Below, piece by piece: positions 60,505 to 64,000 of a DNA stretch of 64,000 bases; the first letter of the stretch is position 1, and every line of letters begins with the position of its first letter. The stretch spans positions 21,097-85,096 of the forward strand of contig JARRQJ010000005.1 of assembly GCA_037381915.1 (NCBI GenBank). Direction: 5' to 3'. Source of the DNA: Gammaproteobacteria bacterium (GTDB lineage: Bacteria > Pseudomonadota > Gammaproteobacteria > DRLM01). Both the position numbers and the translations under genes were made by a program. Under the pieces are notes generated by a model. It saw only the letters and a list, made by a program, of their open reading frames with translations, did no database searches and was not told where the DNA came from.

Positions 60505-60531
60505 TTCCAGTTTTAACGTCTGGAATTTTTT
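60505..60531 (+). terminator. Weak rho-independent terminator after the GGDEF-EAL gene
   Basis: TTCCAG-N9-CTGGAA followed by TTTTTT; short AT-rich stem. Confidence 0.3.
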
Positions 60532-60600
60532 ACCCTTTATTCATGCTTGTCCGGTTGCGGGCATGGCCATCTTATTACCTCGGAGCAAAGGAGGAAGATC

Positions 60601-60903
60601 ATGGTCAAGCTGGCATTGTTCGTTCAATTGGAGGCCAAACCCGGAAAAGAGTCGGCGGTAGAGGACTTTTTGCATGGGGGTTTGCCGGTCGTGGAGGAAG
60701 AGCCGGCCACCACCGCCTGGTTCGCGCTTCGTCTCGGCCCCCGGCGCTACGGCATTTTCGACGCCTTCCCCGACGAAGCGGGCCGGCAGGCGCATCTTGC
60801 CGGGCGGGTCGCCGCGGCGTTGATGGAAAAGGCCGGCGAACTCCTGGCAAAGCCGCCCGTCATCGAAAAGGTCGATGTGCTTGCGGCCAAGTTGCCCGCA
60901 TAG
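60601..60903 (+). CDS. Antibiotic-biosynthesis-monooxygenase (ABM) domain protein
   Basis: About 100-aa ferredoxin-like fold (MVKLALFVQLEAKPGKESAVEDFL). AGGAGGAAGATC-ATG start. The ORF track gives a longer frame from 60547. Confidence 0.7.
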   Translation: MVKLALFVQLEAKPGKESAVEDFLHGGLPVVEEEPATTAWFALRLGPRRYGIFDAFPDEAGRQAHLAGRVAAALMEKAGELLAKPPVIEKVDVLAAKLPA

Positions 60904-60920
60904 CCCGGGGATTTGGTGAA

Positions 60921-63077
60921 TCAAATGGTTTGCAGTTTGGCATAGGCCAGCACCAGCCATTTGCTGCCTACTCCGGCGAAATTCACCTGGACCCGGGCGG
61001 TACTGCCCTGCCCTTCGTAGTTGGTGACCACGCCCTCGCCGAAGGTGGGATGGGCTACATGTTGTCCCAGGCGCAATCCGTTGCTCATCTCCGGTGCCAC
61101 GGAACTGGTGCCCAGCGCGACGGGGCGGGTGACGTGGGCGCGGGGCCGTACTTCCTGTACTAACTCCGCGGGCAGTTCGCTGAGAAAACGCGAGGGACGG
61201 GGATAGGTTTCACTGCCGTGCAGGCGCCGGCTCTCCGCGTAGGTGAGATACAGTTCCCGGGCCGCGCGGGTGATGCCCACGTAACACAGCCGCCGTTCCT
61301 CTTCGAGGCGGCCCTCTTCGGCAAGCGACATCTGATGGGGGAACAGGCCCTCTTCCACCCCGCAGATAAATACCAGAGGAAATTCCAGCCCCTTGGCGGC
61401 ATGCAGGGTCATCAGTTGCACGCAGTCTTCCCATTCGCTGCTTTGACCCTCTCCCGCTTCCAGGGCCGCATGGGTGAGGAATGCGGAAAGGGGATCCAGT
61501 TCGCTGTCCTCCTCGCCTTGGAATTGGCGGGCGGCGGTGACCAGTTCCTCCAGGTTCTCGATCCGCGCCAGCCCCGCTTCGCCCTTTTCCTTGCGGTAGT
61601 GGTCCAGCAGTCCGCTGTGATGAATGACATGTTCCACCTTGTCACCCAGGTCCAACGGCGCGGCGTCGGCGCTGAGGCGCTCGATGAGCTGGACGAATCC
61701 CTTTAACGCCGTGATGGCCCGTCCCGGCAGCTGCGGTGTCTGGATCAATGCGACAGCGGCCCGGAATAAGGGGACCTGATGCAGCCGCGCATGATCGCGG
61801 ACAGCTGCGACCGTGCGCTCGCCGACGCCGCGGGTGGGCGTGTTCACCACCCGCTCGAAGGAGGCGTCGTCGTCGCGATTCGCCAGCAGGCGCAGATAGG
61901 CGAGGGCATCCTTGATCTCGGCGCGTTCAAAAAAGCGCAGGCCGCCATAGACCCGATAGGGCATGCCCGCCATCAATAAGGCCTCTTCCAGGACGCGGGA
62001 TTGGGCGTTGGAGCGATAGAGGATCGCCGCCTCGCTGCGGCGGTTGCCCGCTTCCGCCCAGTGGCGCAGCCGTTCGACGACAAAGCGCGCCTCGTCCAAT
62101 TCATTGAAGGCGGCGTAGAGCAGGATCGGGTCGCCTTCATCGCCGCGGGTCCATAATTCCTTGCCGAGACGGCCGCTGTTGTGGGCGATGAGGGCATTGG
62201 CCGCGGCGAGTATGGTGCGGGTCGAACGGTAATTTTCCTCGAGGCGCAACACCCGGGTGCCGGGAAAATCCTTGCTGAAACGCTGGATATTCTCGATGCG
62301 CGCCCCCCGCCAGCCATAGATGGATTGATCGTCGTCGCCCACGGCGAACAGATTGCCGCGCCCGCCCGCCAGCAGCCGCAGCCAGGCATATTGGATGGCG
62401 TTGGTGTCCTGGAATTCGTCCACCAGGAGGTGCTGGAAGCGGCTTTGATAATGCGCGAGGATGTCGCCGCGGTCGCGGAGCAGCTCGTGGGCCCGCAGCA
62501 GCAATTCGGCGAAATCCACCAGCCCGGCGCGCCGGCAGTTGTCTTCATAAGCTTGGTAGATACGTACCATTTGCGCGGTGAAGATATCGCCGCGGGCGTC
62601 AATGTGCTGCGGACGCAGCCCCTCTTCCTTACGGCCGTTGATGTACCACTGCACCTGTTTGGGCGGCCATTTGGACTCGTCCAGTTCCAGGCTTTTCAGC
62701 AGGCGCCGGATCAAGCGGTATTGATCGTCGGCGTCGAGGATCTGAAAGGTCTGCGGCAGATCCGCCTCGCGCCAATGGGCGCGCAGCAGGCGGTGGGCCA
62801 GATTGTGGAATGTTCCCACCCACATGCCGCCCACCGGAATGCCCAGCAATTGTTCGGTGCGGCCACGCATCTCCGCGGCGGCCTTGTTGGTGAAGGTCAC
62901 CGCCAATACCCCATAGGGCGAGGCGCCCTCGACGCGGATCAGCCAAGCGATGCGGTGCACCAGCACCCGGGTCTTGCCGCTGCCGGCGCCGGCGATGACC
63001 AGCACCGGGCCCGGCGGTGCAGTCACTGCCTCGCGCTGCGCGTCATTGAGGGGATCGAGCAGATCGGAAACATCCAT
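60921..63077 (-). CDS. uvrD: DNA helicase II UvrD
   Basis: 718 aa with VLVIAGAGSGKTRVLVHRIAWL and all UvrD motifs. Intact, unlike the rep paralogue at the other end of the window. Confidence 0.95.
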   Translation of the reverse strand: MDVSDLLDPLNDAQREAVTAPPGPVLVIAGAGSGKTRVLVHRIAWLIRVEGASPYGVLAVTFTNKAAAEMRGRTEQLLGIPVGGMWVGTFHNLAHRLLRAHWREADLPQTFQILDADDQYRLIRRLLKSLELDESKWPPKQVQWYINGRKEEGLRPQHIDARGDIFTAQMVRIYQAYEDNCRRAGLVDFAELLLRAHELLRDRGDILAHYQSRFQHLLVDEFQDTNAIQYAWLRLLAGGRGNLFAVGDDDQSIYGWRGARIENIQRFSKDFPGTRVLRLEENYRSTRTILAAANALIAHNSGRLGKELWTRGDEGDPILLYAAFNELDEARFVVERLRHWAEAGNRRSEAAILYRSNAQSRVLEEALLMAGMPYRVYGGLRFFERAEIKDALAYLRLLANRDDDASFERVVNTPTRGVGERTVAAVRDHARLHQVPLFRAAVALIQTPQLPGRAITALKGFVQLIERLSADAAPLDLGDKVEHVIHHSGLLDHYRKEKGEAGLARIENLEELVTAARQFQGEEDSELDPLSAFLTHAALEAGEGQSSEWEDCVQLMTLHAAKGLEFPLVFICGVEEGLFPHQMSLAEEGRLEEERRLCYVGITRAARELYLTYAESRRLHGSETYPRPSRFLSELPAELVQEVRPRAHVTRPVALGTSSVAPEMSNGLRLGQHVAHPTFGEGVVTNYEGQGSTARVQVNFAGVGSKWLVLAYAKLQTI

Positions 63078-63114
63078 GCCGGCATTTTAACAGATGCACC
63101 TCCCGGGCTGGGCG

Positions 63115-63732
63115 TCAGGCTCCGGCGGGGATATGGTGGATATCGATATGACCGGGCTGCGATCTGACTCTGTCCAGCCATGTCAGGATATTGGGAAAGG
63201 GGTCGAGTTCGAAGCCGCCTTCCGGAGCTACGTGCGTGTAGGCATACAGGCCGATATCGGCGAGGCTGTAGCGGTCCGCGACGAAAAAAGGGTGCGCAGC
63301 CAGGTGGTGCTCCATGATCTTGAGGGCCGCGCAGCCGGGGCCGCGCTTCTTGGCCAGCTCGTCCCGGTACTGCCGCTCCTTTCCCAATAAGGCGATCCAA
63401 TAGCGGGAAGTGGCGATATAGGGTTCATGGCTGTACTGTTCGAAGAACAACCACTGCAGCACTTGTGCGTACTGCAATGGATCGCTCGGCAGCAGCGCAC
63501 CGCCTCGGGCCAGATAGCACATGATGGCATTGGATTCGCTCAAGCAGACCTGCGGCGCGATTTCCAAAAGCGGGATGCGGCCGGTGGGGTTTCTGGCCAG
63601 GAACGTCGGGTTGCGGTTTTCACCTTTGAGGATGTCCACGTCGATGCGCTCGTAGGGGATGCGGAGCTGGGACAGGAGCAGGCGCACCTTGTAGCTGTTG
63701 CCGGAAGGAAGAAAATCATAGAGTTTCAACAT
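63115..63732 (-). CDS. Glutathione S-transferase
   Basis: N-terminal thioredoxin-like GST fold (MLKLYDFLPSGNSYKVRLLL..., ES.AIMCYLA) plus a C-terminal alpha domain. Confidence 0.85.
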   Translation of the reverse strand: MLKLYDFLPSGNSYKVRLLLSQLRIPYERIDVDILKGENRNPTFLARNPTGRIPLLEIAPQVCLSESNAIMCYLARGGALLPSDPLQYAQVLQWLFFEQYSHEPYIATSRYWIALLGKERQYRDELAKKRGPGCAALKIMEHHLAAHPFFVADRYSLADIGLYAYTHVAPEGGFELDPFPNILTWLDRVRSQPGHIDIHHIPAGA

Positions 63733-63873
63733 GCTGCGGGTCTTCCGGTTGCGTTAGGGAAGAAAGCAAGGGGCAATAGTATAAACTAGGGTGTAGCGTT
63801 ATTGCGCCGAATGGCCGGCGATCGATCACGGCAATTGTGAGCGTGACGATTGCGACCACAGCGAGGAACATCT

Positions 63874-64000
63874 ATGGCCAAATTTCCAGGAATGGCGGCG
63901 TGTTGCACCTGGCTGTTCCTCGCCGCCTTTGCCAACGCGGCGGTCGCCGCCTCCGATACGCTGCGATGCGGCAACCGCCTGGTATCGGTGGGGGACAACA
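63874..64000 (+). CDS. Partial (5-prime end only) secreted DUF2845-like protein
   Basis: ATG at 63874 then a signal peptide and ...DTLRCGNRLVSVGDN, a motif typical of small periplasmic DUF2845 proteins. The ORF runs off the window end. Confidence 0.45.
   Translation, partial: MAKFPGMAACCTWLFLAAFANAAVAASDTLRCGNRLVSVGDN

Noticed and set aside
60489-61163. 224-aa ORF spanning the ABM gene region and the uvrD 3-prime end
   Set aside because: It is out of frame with the well-supported ABM CDS (which has a strong SD) and antisense to uvrD. Spurious.

Overview
This 64 kb window is high-GC (about 60-65%) gammaproteobacterial chromosome, almost entirely core housekeeping genes. The gene order resembles Xanthomonadales/Chromatiales-type genomes (gatCAB divergent from mreB; lipA-lipB-ybeD-dacA-rlpA-mltB-rodA-mrdA neighbourhood; engB/polA convergent pair). 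Left to right the window contains: an MscS channel; a rep helicase gene destroyed by three lesions including a 44-bp tandem duplication; a 600-bp non-coding leader followed by an orphan ParA/MinD ATPase fused to a CBM48 (AMPK-beta type) glycogen-binding domain; a PAP2 phosphatase with a GT4 glycosyltransferase; yqhA; a CPA1 Na+/H+ antiporter; a truncated haemoglobin co-operonic with a 2Fe-2S/FAD/NAD reductase behind a perfect palindromic operator; an MFS transporter; gatCAB; an uninterrupted elongasome supercluster mreBCD-mrdA-rodA-mltB-rlpA-dacA; a class IV aminotransferase; ybeD-lipB-lipA; a divergent pair of unrecognised membrane protein and lipoprotein; an acetolactate-synthase-like TPP enzyme coupled to an EEP phosphoesterase; dsbA; a stand-alone cNMP-binding protein; engB; polA; a LOG protein and a DUF2782 protein; an AT-rich region with a DnaA-box cluster; a complete T2SS (gspC-N); a CaCA exchanger; a cell-envelope module (OprI/Lpp-like lipoprotein flanked by two L,D-transpeptidases, one with LysM and SPOR domains); cstA-ybdD; a PAS-GGDEF-EAL protein; an ABM monooxygenase; uvrD; a GST; and a partial DUF2845-like ORF. 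No rRNA, tRNA, CRISPR, transposase or integrase is visible. The most novel-looking candidate is the ParA-CBM48 fusion, a possible glycogen-granule positioning ATPase. It is followed by the trHb-reductase pair, which may be a split NO-dioxygenase, and by the uncharacterised membrane-protein/lipoprotein pair.
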